A stretch of DNA of 64,000 nt from an uncultured Candidatus Saccharibacteria bacterium (GCA_964574655.1 CAZNOH010000004.1:66046-130045); one strand, 5' to 3'; positions 54,548 through 63,875 are shown, counted from the stretch's first letter. Notes: a model not told the origin generated them from the sequence alone. A program made the numbers and translations.

Positions 54548-57448
54548 TCATCGTTTAGCGTGTTCACAAATGTCACGATAATCACAAAATTTGCAGGCAA
54601 ATCCTGGAGTGGCAGTAAATTGTGACTCTTTTATTTTCAGAATTAGTTCTTGGACTTTTTGGATTATTTTTTCTTCTTTAATATCATTTTGCTTAGCTGT
54701 AAACTTTTTGTTCTGATCAATGAAATAAAGGCTAAGTTTTGAAGGCTTTAATTTTAAAACTTTTTGGCAAGCATAAGAATATAATAATAATTGCTCATTT
54801 TTTTCAACATCTTTTTCTCTTTTTGGCGGCTTGCCTGTTTTATAGTCAATAATTTCAATAGTGCCGTCTTCTAGCTTATCAATGCGATCAATTTTGCCCT
54901 TTAAGGAAACATCTTTTATCTTCAAGTTGAAACCCTTTTCTAAAAACAATGGAGCTTTGAAATTATTCTTATTAATTTTGTAAAATTCTTTTAAAGCTTT
55001 TTCACCTTCTTTTTTTCTTTCTAATTCATGTTTTTTTGAAAGATAATGATCGCCAATCCAAAAGCTTTGATAATAATTTAATAAATCCTGCCTTGATGGC
55101 ATTTTTCCTTTTTGCAAATCCTGATAAAAATTTTGCAAGGTTGCATGCATTGTTTTGCCATAACTAAAAGTATGCGAGCCTTGAGATGGAATTCGTAAGA
55201 TGTGAGCAAAGCGGTATTGATGAGGACAAGTTTCGAAAACTTTGAGTTGAGTATAGGAAAATTTTGTTGGAAGTTGGTATTTTATTTTTTTATTTTGGCT
55301 AACTAAAATTTCTGGTTCATTGATTTCTGCTTGAAGATTAGGTAACTCTGTCTGAATTTCTTTATCAGAAAAATGATCAGAATTCTTTTTTATTTCAATT
55401 AAAAATCTAGACATTTTCTTTTTTCTTTTGCCTCCATAATCATTTGCAGAAGTGAAAAATAATCTTTTCTTAGCTCTTGTCATAGCAACATAGAATAGCC
55501 TCCTTTCTTCTTGGATATTTGAATTAACGCTTGGCAGTTGTTCTTTAATTAATTTTTCTGGAAGTTCAATCAAGTCTCTCCTGTTTCTTGGCGGAAATTT
55601 TCCTTCAACTAAATTCACTATAAAAACATTATCAAATTCCAAGCCCTTGGAAGAATGAATCGTCATTATTTTGATTGAGTCTGGGCCTTCATCTAATTGC
55701 ACTGGCGATGGATTGTCGCCTGCTTCAATCATCAAATCTAGCTGATCAACAAACTCTTGAACTGATAATTTTTTGTTTTCCTGAGATTCTTGAATTTTCT
55801 TGAAGAATAAAGAAATATTTAAAATCTTTTTTTCTGATTCTAAATCCTTGCTCTCTTGAATATATTTAAGATAATTTGATGATTTCAAAAAATCTAACAA
55901 AACTTCAGCGGCATTTTTTTCTTGGCTTTGCTTGGAATGTTTTTTCACTAGCTCGCTAACGATTTTAAATTTGCTGATGCTTTCTTCACTCAAGCCAACA
56001 ATTCTATTTGGAGTCTGGCTTAATTCAAAGAGAGATAAATTTTTTTTCCTAGCATAATTTAAAAGCTTGATTATATCTTCTTGCAATAATTTGAAAATCG
56101 GTAAATTTAAGACGCGATAAAAATTGATGTCATCGTAAAAATTAGAAATAACTAGAAGATAAGAAATCAAATCCATTATTTCAGTCTGAGAATATAATCC
56201 CCTGGAAGCAATAAATTGATAAGGAATCTTTTTGCGAGATAATAAATTTATAAAAATTTCAGCTGAAGAATTAGCACGCACTAAAATTGCAAAATCTGAC
56301 CAATTTGATTTATCTTTTTGCTTTAACTTGATTATATTATTTATAACTTCAACTGCCTCTTGCTCGTAAGTTGCCTTGTGAATATGGGTAATTGCTAAAT
56401 CGCCTTTTGACTTAATTTGAGATTTTAGCTTTTTATTAATTTTATATTTTGCTTCTAGACGATCTGGATTATTTAGTTGAATTGAATTATATGCGAGATC
56501 TAAAATCGGCTGAACTGATCGATAATTCTCAGTCAAAACTATTTTTTTGCTTTTTGGAAAATCTTTTTGAAATTGCAAAATATTGCTGACAGAAGCGCCG
56601 CGGAATTTATAGATCGCCTGATCATCATCGCCGACAACTGTTAAATTTAATTGTGGCGATGCTAAAAGTTGGAGTAATTTATACTGGGCAAAATTAGTAT
56701 CTTGAAATTCATCAACTAAAATATATTGAAATTGTTTTTGATATTTTTTAAGTAGATGTTTTCTTTTCTTTAACAAACTTAAAGTCTGGATAATTAAATC
56801 ACCAAAATCCATTTGGCTCTCGCTAACCATAAGTTCTTGATATTTTTTGTAAGCTTTGGCGATTTCTGATATCTTATTAATTTCTTCCTTGTCCGCCGTA
56901 GCTCCAGCAGGAGCGGAGGCGGATTGATCTAAATCGTCATTTGGTTTTAATTTTTTAACAAACTTTAAATATTCATCTGGCAAAATATTTTCATCTTTGG
57001 CGCGGGAAAAATGTTTAATTAATTCGGAAATAAAAGAATTAGGATTTCCTAATGGCCTGTAATATTTCAAATCAAAATCAAAAATTTTGGATTTGATAAA
57101 CATCCATTGCTCGGCTTGCGTTAATAATTTGTAATTCGGATCCAAGCCCATATCTAATGCATTGTCTTTTAAAATTCGATCACAAAAACTATGAAAAGTT
57201 TCAATCCATAAATCGGTGTAGCCATAAGGCATTAATTTATCCACTCGCTCCTCCATTTCAGAGGCTGCTTTTTCTGTAAAAGTTAAGGCTAAAATATTTT
57301 CTGGTTTGACCTTTTTTTTCAAAATTAAATAAGCCAATTTTTTAGTTATGGCTGTTGTTTTTCCTGTGCCAGCGCCAGCAACAATTAATAATGGGCCTTT
57401 CTGATGAGTGACGGCTTGGCGTTGTTGTAAATTAAGATCTTGTAGCAT
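54548..57448 (-). CDS. UvrD/PcrA-like helicase fused to a C-terminal Cys-containing PD-(D/E)xK (RecB/Cas4-like) nuclease
   Basis: Walker A AGAGTGKTT, helicase motifs, and a C-terminal IDRIDKL...DYKTGK...CKFCDYRDIC. Confidence 0.8.
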   Translation of the reverse strand: MLQDLNLQQRQAVTHQKGPLLIVAGAGTGKTTAITKKLAYLILKKKVKPENILALTFTEKAASEMEERVDKLMPYGYTDLWIETFHSFCDRILKDNALDMGLDPNYKLLTQAEQWMFIKSKIFDFDLKYYRPLGNPNSFISELIKHFSRAKDENILPDEYLKFVKKLKPNDDLDQSASAPAGATADKEEINKISEIAKAYKKYQELMVSESQMDFGDLIIQTLSLLKKRKHLLKKYQKQFQYILVDEFQDTNFAQYKLLQLLASPQLNLTVVGDDDQAIYKFRGASVSNILQFQKDFPKSKKIVLTENYRSVQPILDLAYNSIQLNNPDRLEAKYKINKKLKSQIKSKGDLAITHIHKATYEQEAVEVINNIIKLKQKDKSNWSDFAILVRANSSAEIFINLLSRKKIPYQFIASRGLYSQTEIMDLISYLLVISNFYDDINFYRVLNLPIFKLLQEDIIKLLNYARKKNLSLFELSQTPNRIVGLSEESISKFKIVSELVKKHSKQSQEKNAAEVLLDFLKSSNYLKYIQESKDLESEKKILNISLFFKKIQESQENKKLSVQEFVDQLDLMIEAGDNPSPVQLDEGPDSIKIMTIHSSKGLEFDNVFIVNLVEGKFPPRNRRDLIELPEKLIKEQLPSVNSNIQEERRLFYVAMTRAKKRLFFTSANDYGGKRKKKMSRFLIEIKKNSDHFSDKEIQTELPNLQAEINEPEILVSQNKKIKYQLPTKFSYTQLKVFETCPHQYRFAHILRIPSQGSHTFSYGKTMHATLQNFYQDLQKGKMPSRQDLLNYYQSFWIGDHYLSKKHELERKKEGEKALKEFYKINKNNFKAPLFLEKGFNLKIKDVSLKGKIDRIDKLEDGTIEIIDYKTGKPPKREKDVEKNEQLLLYSYACQKVLKLKPSKLSLYFIDQNKKFTAKQNDIKEEKIIQKVQELILKIKESQFTATPGFACKFCDYRDICEHAKR
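56888..56928 (+). repeat. family-A element (copy g), in-frame inside the helicase-nuclease gene
   Basis: cttgtccgccgtagctccagcaggagcggaggcggattgat; the minus strand encodes DQSASAPAGATADKE within the helicase. Confidence 0.7.
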
Positions 57449-58271
57449 TTTGTTGAACTTTCAATTTCTCTAATCTTTCTTTAAGTTTAAAAGGTAGCTG
57501 AATTTTTTCGTCATCTAGAAATTTAAGTCCTTTGTCAGAAACATGCGCTAGATTATTTAGCAATGTTGGTCTTGAAGTTTGTCTTTTTCCAATAAGCATT
57601 GCCGCGGCGTCTGAAAGTGAATCAACGCCTCTCAGCCAGAGTGGGCCTTTAAAATGAGATAAGTGTTGTGCTTGTGAATCTGAAATCGATGCAAGACCAT
57701 CTAAACAAATTGAAGAACTTGCTGATTGACCTAATTCTTGCGTAGCCTCGTCTGATATTTTCATTAAACCATTCAAAAGGATGCTTCCTTTAAATTTTCT
57801 TAATTCTTTTGCTGTTCCTGTAGAAATTTTTTTTACATTGTTTAAATCTATATGAACAAAGTTTTCTGGCTGAGGACCGGAAGGCTGCCTGTTTTCAAAA
57901 AGTGTGTTTAAAAGATCAACATATTTCTGAGCTACTGTTGGAATAATATATGTTAAATCAGATGTTTCGATACCGCCTTCCATTATTTTTTTCCAGAGTA
58001 CTAAATTATGTTTAAAATCCGGAATTTCCTTAATTTCTGCCAAAGTCATTTGCTCGCCACAAACATCAAATTTTAATTCGCCCAAATCTTTTTCTAAATC
58101 TAAAACTTGTTCGCCTGTTACATTTCTGTCTTGTTGTATTGCTTCTGCAAGTTGATTTGCTTTAGCAACAACACTTTCTAATTCTGGAGTTTGAGCAATT
58201 TCTAAACCATCAGAAGATTTTTCTGATGGTTCTTGGGTATCTTTTAATTCTATTTGTGGTTTTTCGGGCAT
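57432..58271 (-). CDS. paralogous repeat protein, family member 6 (distant copy)
   Basis: N-terminus ...DTQEPSEKSSDGLEIAQTPELE... and LS.SD..A..LS.F.G.L.L repeats; overlaps the helicase start by 17 nt. Confidence 0.55.
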   Translation of the reverse strand: MPEKPQIELKDTQEPSEKSSDGLEIAQTPELESVVAKANQLAEAIQQDRNVTGEQVLDLEKDLGELKFDVCGEQMTLAEIKEIPDFKHNLVLWKKIMEGGIETSDLTYIIPTVAQKYVDLLNTLFENRQPSGPQPENFVHIDLNNVKKISTGTAKELRKFKGSILLNGLMKISDEATQELGQSASSSICLDGLASISDSQAQHLSHFKGPLWLRGVDSLSDAAAMLIGKRQTSRPTLLNNLAHVSDKGLKFLDDEKIQLPFKLKERLEKLKVQQNATRS

Positions 58272-58287
58272 AATTTTTAATTTATTT

Positions 58288-58379
58288 TCTACCTGGCTTT
58301 AGCCAAGGGGTCGGTGAACTTTAGTTCACAAACGACGGGAGCTAAAGCTCTACAACCCCTCAGCTAAAGCTGGGTAGAA
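58288..58379. repeat. family-C element, second copy
   Basis: ttctacctggctttagccaagggg...gggagctaaagctc...cccctcagctaaagctgggtagaa. Confidence 0.65.
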
Positions 58380-58390
58380 TTTATATATTT

Positions 58391-59602
58391 TTATTGATAT
58401 AGATTAATATTTTCTTGTCCGCTAACTGGAACAGCAACTTCTGGTTTTATTGGTAAAGCTTTTGCACTTACAACTAATTTTTCAGGCTGTGGGATTCTAC
58501 TATCAATTTCAATTAACTTGTCATGAAACTTGCCTAATCTTTTTTCACTATCATCAAATTTTTTATGGGCATTATTTAAATGATTTCCGAGAACATCAAA
58601 GTCGTCCTCAAACTTGCCAAAATCACCTTGTAGCCTTTGGATATAGTTCATCATATCTTTGGCTCCTTCTTCAATTTGCATGCCTTTCAGACCAAGTAAA
58701 ATTGCTTGAACGTAAATGTATAAAGAATTTGGCGAGACTGGAAAAACTTTTTTGGAAAAAGCAAAATTAACTAAATTATTTTCATCTTCGTCCTTAATGA
58801 TTGTCTCGTAATAAACATTTTCAGCTGGAATATACATTAATGCATAATCTATTGTGCCTTCGTCTGGCAAAATATATTTTTTGGCAATTGCTGTTATGTG
58901 TTTTTTGACATCGTCTTTAAACATTTTTTTGTACTGCTTTTTTTCTTGTTCGTTCTTGGCTAAATTAATCATTTTGTGAAAATTTTCCAATGGAAATTTG
59001 GCATCAATTGGAACAAGCATATTGTCTTTTAGCTTAATAACAGCATCGACCTTTTCACCTGATTTGAACATGTACTGTTCTTCAAAATGATTTTTGGAAA
59101 AAGTCTGCGATAATAAATCACCTAAAAATAATTCTCCCAAAGATCCGCGAAGTTTTGGAGCTTTCAAAATTTCCTGCAAACCTCTGATATCTTTGCCAAC
59201 TTCAAATATCTTTTTGTTTGATTCTTCCATCTGCGCTAATTTTGTTTGGACTGAGCTTACAACTTTGGCGGCGTTGTCTAAACGAGAACCAACTGTACCT
59301 TGTGATTTTTGGATCAATTCACTGTTTTCTTTTAAACGCTCGTTAAGCTGAGTAGTTTGAGAACTAATTTGAGCCAACATTGTTTTAGTAACTTGATTCA
59401 AATTTTCAGAAATAGATTTGTTGGTTTGATTTAAATTTTGAGATACATATTGATTTAAATTATCAATGCGCTCATGTAAAATTTTATCATTTTCTTTATT
59501 CTCTGGCTCTGATAACTTCTTATTAATTTTGATTAAACTAAAAGCTAAAAAGCCACAAGTTAAGACTAGAATTGATGTTAAGATTAGTAAAAACGTAAGC
59601 AT
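58391..59602 (-). CDS. rmuC: DNA recombination protein RmuC
   Basis: N-terminal TM and coiled-coil, then the conserved core (VDAVIKLKDNMLVPIDAKFPLENF). Confidence 0.7.
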   Translation of the reverse strand: MLTFLLILTSILVLTCGFLAFSLIKINKKLSEPENKENDKILHERIDNLNQYVSQNLNQTNKSISENLNQVTKTMLAQISSQTTQLNERLKENSELIQKSQGTVGSRLDNAAKVVSSVQTKLAQMEESNKKIFEVGKDIRGLQEILKAPKLRGSLGELFLGDLLSQTFSKNHFEEQYMFKSGEKVDAVIKLKDNMLVPIDAKFPLENFHKMINLAKNEQEKKQYKKMFKDDVKKHITAIAKKYILPDEGTIDYALMYIPAENVYYETIIKDEDENNLVNFAFSKKVFPVSPNSLYIYVQAILLGLKGMQIEEGAKDMMNYIQRLQGDFGKFEDDFDVLGNHLNNAHKKFDDSEKRLGKFHDKLIEIDSRIPQPEKLVVSAKALPIKPEVAVPVSGQENINLYQ

Positions 59603-59962
59603 GAATGTAAGTTAATTTATTAGCATAGTTTATTTTAACAAATATTAACAACATTTAAAAGGTTGCTAGTTTATTAAATTTTACTTATAATATAAATATA
59701 GAAATAATTACTAATCGCTAAATATATGGAATTAACTGAAAAATTATTATTATTTTTAGCTTGCTTGTCAGTAGTTTTATTGATAGTTTTGATTTATGTA
59801 ATTAGACTTTGGATCAAATGTTAGCAGAAGCAAAAATCTTGAGAGTTTATTTAATTTTAGTGGCAATTTTGGCATTTATTTTTTATGCTGGTTTACCGTT
59901 GTTAAAATACTTTTTTGGACCGAAATAAAATTGGCATTTATTGATTTGTAGCAAACTCACTT

Positions 59963-59988
59963 AGCAAGTCTTGAACTTGCTTTTTTTA
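59963..59988 (+). terminator. rho-independent terminator
   Basis: agcaagt...acttgct stem followed by a 7-T run. Confidence 0.5.
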
Positions 59989-60005
59989 TTGTTTAATATA
60001 TAATA
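59977..60005 (+). promoter_or_regulatory. candidate promoter for the tRNA cluster (TTGCTT, 17-bp spacer, TATAAT)
   Basis: -10 TATAAT lies about 10 nt upstream of the tRNA 5' end. Confidence 0.4.
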
Positions 60006-60015
60006 TACGTATTGT

Positions 60016-60089
60016 CGCGGGGTAGAGCAGCTTGGAAGCTCGTCAGGCTCATAACCTGAAGGTCGGCGGTTCAAATCCGCCCCCCGCAA
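60016..60089 (+). tRNA. tRNA-Met (CAT), initiator-like
   Basis: Near-identical to the E. coli tRNA-fMet scaffold (CGCGGGG...CCCCGCAA) with a C1:A72 mismatch; anticodon CAT; no encoded CCA. Confidence 0.85.
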
Positions 60090-60145
60090 TATTAAATTTT
60101 AAATAATTAGTAATTAGATTTTGACAGAATCTTGCTAAGGGCTAG

Positions 60146-60242
60146 CCCCGAACCAAGTTTCTGCATTTTATATTTCTAGCTTTGATTAGTGATTATTTAA
60201 AATCAATGTTAATGGTTTGATCACCAGAAACTTGGTTCGGGG
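60146..60242. repeat. 97-bp element bounded by a perfect 18-bp inverted repeat, abutting the tRNA
   Basis: ccccgaaccaagtttctg ... cagaaacttggttcgggg; the right arm overlaps the first 2 nt of the next tRNA. Confidence 0.7.
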
Positions 60243-60314
60243 CAGGGTAGCTCAGTTGGTTAGAGCACCACACTCATAAAGTGGCGGTCGACGGTTCGAA
60301 TCCGTCCCCTGCTA
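60241..60314 (+). tRNA. tRNA with anticodon CAT (elongator Met or Ile2)
   Basis: Cloverleaf with T-arm gacgg/ccgtc; anticodon loop ctCATaa. Confidence 0.75.
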
Positions 60315-60370
60315 TTGATAAAATTTGTGTGCAAACCGTTGCTTTCTTCTAGAAATTAGATTTTAATTAT

Positions 60371-60446
60371 TAGTGAAATTTAATTATATCTCCCTGTCAC
60401 GGAGTTAATAATTTTCTAGGAAAATTATTAGCGGGTTCGAGTCTTA
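60371..60446 (+). pseudogene. degenerate partial duplicate of tRNA-Asp
   Basis: Contains the anticodon arm tctccctgtcacggag and the T-arm 5' half gcgggttcgagtc of the downstream tRNA-Asp, separated by an AT-rich insert; lacks acceptor-stem pairing. Confidence 0.5.
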
Positions 60447-60457
60447 AAAAATATTTT

Positions 60458-60530
60458 GGGCCGGTAGTGAAGTGGAGTTCACGTCTCCCTGTCACGGAGA
60501 AGGTCGCGGGTTCGAGTCCCGTCCGGCCCG
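60458..60530 (+). tRNA. tRNA-Asp (GTC)
   Basis: Acceptor gggccgg/ccggccc; anticodon loop ctGTCac. Confidence 0.85.
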
Positions 60531-60641
60531 ATTAAAAAATTATTTTGAATAAAAAAACAGGTCATTGATCTGTTTTTTGTTGCTTTTATTTATGTTTGGG
60601 TTAATATATATAAAAGTTCTTTATATACAAGGAGGAGAGAA

Positions 60642-61055
60642 ATGAGCCAGGAAATTGAAAAACCGAAATTGATTTTGATTGCTGATAAAGAAGGATTGAC
60701 TCTGCCTGTTCAAAGAATCAAAGATCTTTTGGAAAAAGAGGAATACTTGGTGCATATCGAGACTGATGGATTCGAAGCCTTAATGTGGCTGGAAAGTAAT
60801 TTGCCAGATCTTGTTTTGATTGATCTTTCCTTGCCAAGATTAAATGGTTTTGATTTAATGAAGACGCTTCGTTATTTGTCTAGAAGCTACCATGAATATC
60901 GGAAAATTATTTTCGCCACAACCTATACAGCAAAAGACAGCAAAAGTTTAGCGCAGGCGATAAATGCTGGAGCAAGATTCTTGATTCCAAAGCCATGGCA
61001 AATTACTGATTTGCTGAACAAAATCAAGAAAGCATTGGCTGGCAGTAAAATGTAG
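60642..61055 (+). CDS. single-domain response-regulator receiver protein (atypical acidic pocket)
   Basis: LVLIDLSLP phospho-acceptor context and a conserved Lys region; the N-terminal DD pair is replaced by ADK. Confidence 0.55.
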   Translation: MSQEIEKPKLILIADKEGLTLPVQRIKDLLEKEEYLVHIETDGFEALMWLESNLPDLVLIDLSLPRLNGFDLMKTLRYLSRSYHEYRKIIFATTYTAKDSKSLAQAINAGARFLIPKPWQITDLLNKIKKALAGSKM

Positions 61056-61104
61056 ATCTTTGGAAAACAAAATCTGCTATGATAGCAGATTTTTTATTTC
61101 TTAT

Positions 61105-61728
61105 TTATTGTTTTAAAGTAAGAATGGCCTTGTCTAGCCTGATCTCTACTTCTTGCCAATTGATATTATTCCAAAATGCTTCGACATATTTTGGACGTTC
61201 ATTTTTATAATCAAGATAATAAGCATGTTCCCAAACGTCCAGAACGAGAAGAATATGCATTGCTGGAATAATATTAACATTATGTTTTTCTATTTGCATA
61301 ATTAGTAATCTGCTAGTATAGCGATCAAATGCCAGTGCTGCCCAACCTGATCCTTCGCAATTGACTGCGCAATCGCTAAATTCTTTAACAAATCTTTCAT
61401 AACTTCCAAATTCTTTTTTAATTTCGTCGCCAATAATTTTTGTCGGCTCAGTTTGTGTTTGATCTTTTGGAGCTAAATTTTTCCAAAATAATGCGTGTAA
61501 TAATGCTCCAGCTGCTTGAAATGATAAATTTTTCGATACTGCTTTAATATCAATTTCGCTTCCCTCTTTGCGAGCTAATTCCAATTTATCTAAAACTTCA
61601 TTAGCTTTGTCAACATAAGCTTTGTGGTGTTTGTCATGATGAAGCTGTAATTGTTCTTCAGAAAGAAAAGGAGACAATGCTTTGTAATCATAAGGCAGGG
61701 CTTCCAGTTCGTACATTTTTTTGTCCAT
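61105..61728 (-). CDS. Fe/Mn superoxide dismutase
   Basis: LPYDYKALSPFLSEEQLQLHHDKHH and DVWEHAYYLDYKN. Confidence 0.9.
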   Translation of the reverse strand: MDKKMYELEALPYDYKALSPFLSEEQLQLHHDKHHKAYVDKANEVLDKLELARKEGSEIDIKAVSKNLSFQAAGALLHALFWKNLAPKDQTQTEPTKIIGDEIKKEFGSYERFVKEFSDCAVNCEGSGWAALAFDRYTSRLLIMQIEKHNVNIIPAMHILLVLDVWEHAYYLDYKNERPKYVEAFWNNINWQEVEIRLDKAILTLKQ

Positions 61729-61752
61729 AATTTTTGCTTTATTTACTAATAA

Positions 61753-63069
61753 TTATCTAACCATTTTTTTGTATAAATCATTAAACAAATTATTGGGATC
61801 AGTTTTTTGTTTAACTTTTTTAAAATTTTCTAAGTTATATATTTCCCAAAATCTTTCTTTAGAATAATGATTTTGCGAAATTAAAGTTTTGATGCCATCA
61901 AGTTCAAAAACCTTGTTCTCTAATATTTTAGCATAATCAATATTTTTTTTATTATTTTGTTTGCCATAAATTGCAGCGTCAATAAAGAAAGCCTCGTTAT
62001 TTTTTGATGCTAGTTCATCTGAAATCCAAGGATATATTTTTGGAGCTTTGTACGGAACAATCCAGAGCGGAAAGAAATCAAAATCTTTTTCGTACCAAGC
62101 ATAAAATTTTGGAAAGTTATTATTTGGAATAAAAACATCAACGACGACATCTGGATTTTTGCCTTTGTTAATTATTGGACCGAACTTTTTAGAAAGCTTT
62201 ATTAAATTGCTAGAGCCTAAAATAAATTTACCGAACAATAATCTGCCAAAAAATGTTTCCATGAATGGAATTTTTTTTGATAGCCAATGGCAGTCAGCAT
62301 CATAGCGATAAAAATAATCGTAAATTTTAAAATAATCTTCTTCTTTTTTTTCAACAGATTTATAGAAAATTTTTAGCCAATCATATTTTGATTTATAAGG
62401 AGCATAATCTACCATATTACCTAAACAGAGGATAAAAAGATTTTTATTATATATTATTCCATCAATGAAATCATATTGTTTTTCTTGGCAATATTTTTGC
62501 AAATCGTTCCAATACTGCTCGAAATTATTATATTTTTTATAACATAAATGAACGTATGGTTTAGCAGGTAAAAGTTTAAATTTTATTTTCGAAATTATTC
62601 CTAAAGTTCCATATGATCCATGAATCATGTTAAAAATATCTTGGTTCTTCTCTGGAGAACAAGCAACAATTTCTCCATTGCTAGTGATTATTTCATATTC
62701 TAGACAAGTGTCATGAAAACCGCCATATTTATAAGACATTGATTCAATTGAACAGCCGGAAATCGCTCCGCCCAAAGTAATTGTTTTTAATTCTGGAACA
62801 ACGGCTGGAATTAAATTATATTTTAATGATTCTTGAAGTAATTGCGAAAAAGTTAAACCTGGTTCAGCAACTGCTATATTTTTTTTTGAATCAATGTTAA
62901 GCAAAGAATCTAGAGATTTTAAATCTAGTTTTGGCAGTTTTTCTTTTTTTGTATGAGCCAACGGAACAAAATGAGAAACTGTTTTTTTGGAAAAAGAGAC
63001 TGGTTGATTTTTTGATTTTAAATTTTTTAGTTGTTTTATAATATCTAAAACTTTTTCTTTGTGAGACAT
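61753..63069 (-). CDS. FAD-binding (PCMH-type) oxidoreductase, DHCR24/diminuto-like
   Basis: GGAISGCSIESMSYKYGGFHDTCLEYEIITSNGEIVACSP resembles the DHCR24 FAD-binding core. Confidence 0.6.
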   Translation of the reverse strand: MSHKEKVLDIIKQLKNLKSKNQPVSFSKKTVSHFVPLAHTKKEKLPKLDLKSLDSLLNIDSKKNIAVAEPGLTFSQLLQESLKYNLIPAVVPELKTITLGGAISGCSIESMSYKYGGFHDTCLEYEIITSNGEIVACSPEKNQDIFNMIHGSYGTLGIISKIKFKLLPAKPYVHLCYKKYNNFEQYWNDLQKYCQEKQYDFIDGIIYNKNLFILCLGNMVDYAPYKSKYDWLKIFYKSVEKKEEDYFKIYDYFYRYDADCHWLSKKIPFMETFFGRLLFGKFILGSSNLIKLSKKFGPIINKGKNPDVVVDVFIPNNNFPKFYAWYEKDFDFFPLWIVPYKAPKIYPWISDELASKNNEAFFIDAAIYGKQNNKKNIDYAKILENKVFELDGIKTLISQNHYSKERFWEIYNLENFKKVKQKTDPNNLFNDLYKKMVR

Positions 63070-63079
63070 GTCAAAATTA

Positions 63080-63856
63080 TTATCTTAATGTCCAACCGCC
63101 ATCAACAATGATTACTTGGCCTGTAATATAATCTGATTTTTCTGAAGATAAAAAAACAACGCAATTTGCAATATCTCCAGGAGTGCCCATTCTTTTTTGA
63201 GGGATCGCAGCAACTGTTTGTTTCAGAGTTTTTTCGTCCATTGCTTGTGTTACTCCTGGCGTTTCAATCATGCCTGGCGCAACTGCGTTAACATTAATTT
63301 TTTTTGAAGCTAATTCTAAAGCCAAAGCTCTGATCATGCCATTCACTCCACCTTTAGAAGCGCAGTAGTGAACTAACCCTTCAAAACCGACAACCGATGC
63401 GATTGAAGAAATATCAACTATTTTTCCATTTTCAGGCATTTTTGAAGAAACAGCTTGAGAAGTTAAGAACATGCTTTTTAGATTAACGTCCATAACCTTG
63501 TCCCAATCATCTTCAGTCATTTTGGCAAAAGGAACAAACGGAAAGATGCCGGCATTATTGACTAGAATATCAATTTTGCTGAATTTTTCTGAAGAAACTT
63601 TTACAAGATTATCAACTTCTGATTTTTTAGAAACATCGCATTTTACGGCAATTGACTGGACTCCTAGCTTGGTAATCTCAGCAACAACTTGATCGCAAGT
63701 TTCTTTATTAATATCGGAGACAACAATATTGCAACCTTCTTTTGCTAATGCTAAAGCAATTCCCTTGCCAATACCTTGACCAGCGCCAGTTACAATAGCA
63801 GTTTTGTTTTTTAACATGCTTTTTTTGTTATTTATTTTTTTAATTTGGTTATCCAA
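63080..63856 (-). CDS. short-chain dehydrogenase/reductase (FabG-like)
   Basis: TGAGQGIGKGIA Rossmann motif and the YCASKGG catalytic YxxxK. Confidence 0.85.
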   Translation of the reverse strand: MDNQIKKINNKKSMLKNKTAIVTGAGQGIGKGIALALAKEGCNIVVSDINKETCDQVVAEITKLGVQSIAVKCDVSKKSEVDNLVKVSSEKFSKIDILVNNAGIFPFVPFAKMTEDDWDKVMDVNLKSMFLTSQAVSSKMPENGKIVDISSIASVVGFEGLVHYCASKGGVNGMIRALALELASKKINVNAVAPGMIETPGVTQAMDEKTLKQTVAAIPQKRMGTPGDIANCVVFLSSEKSDYITGQVIIVDGGWTLR

Positions 63857-63875
63857 AATTTAGCTATTTTTAATT

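Noticed and set aside
60124-60129. TTGACA hexamer upstream of the 18-bp inverted repeat
   Set aside because: No acceptable -10 element lies at 16-18 bp spacing. It is likely a fortuitous match.
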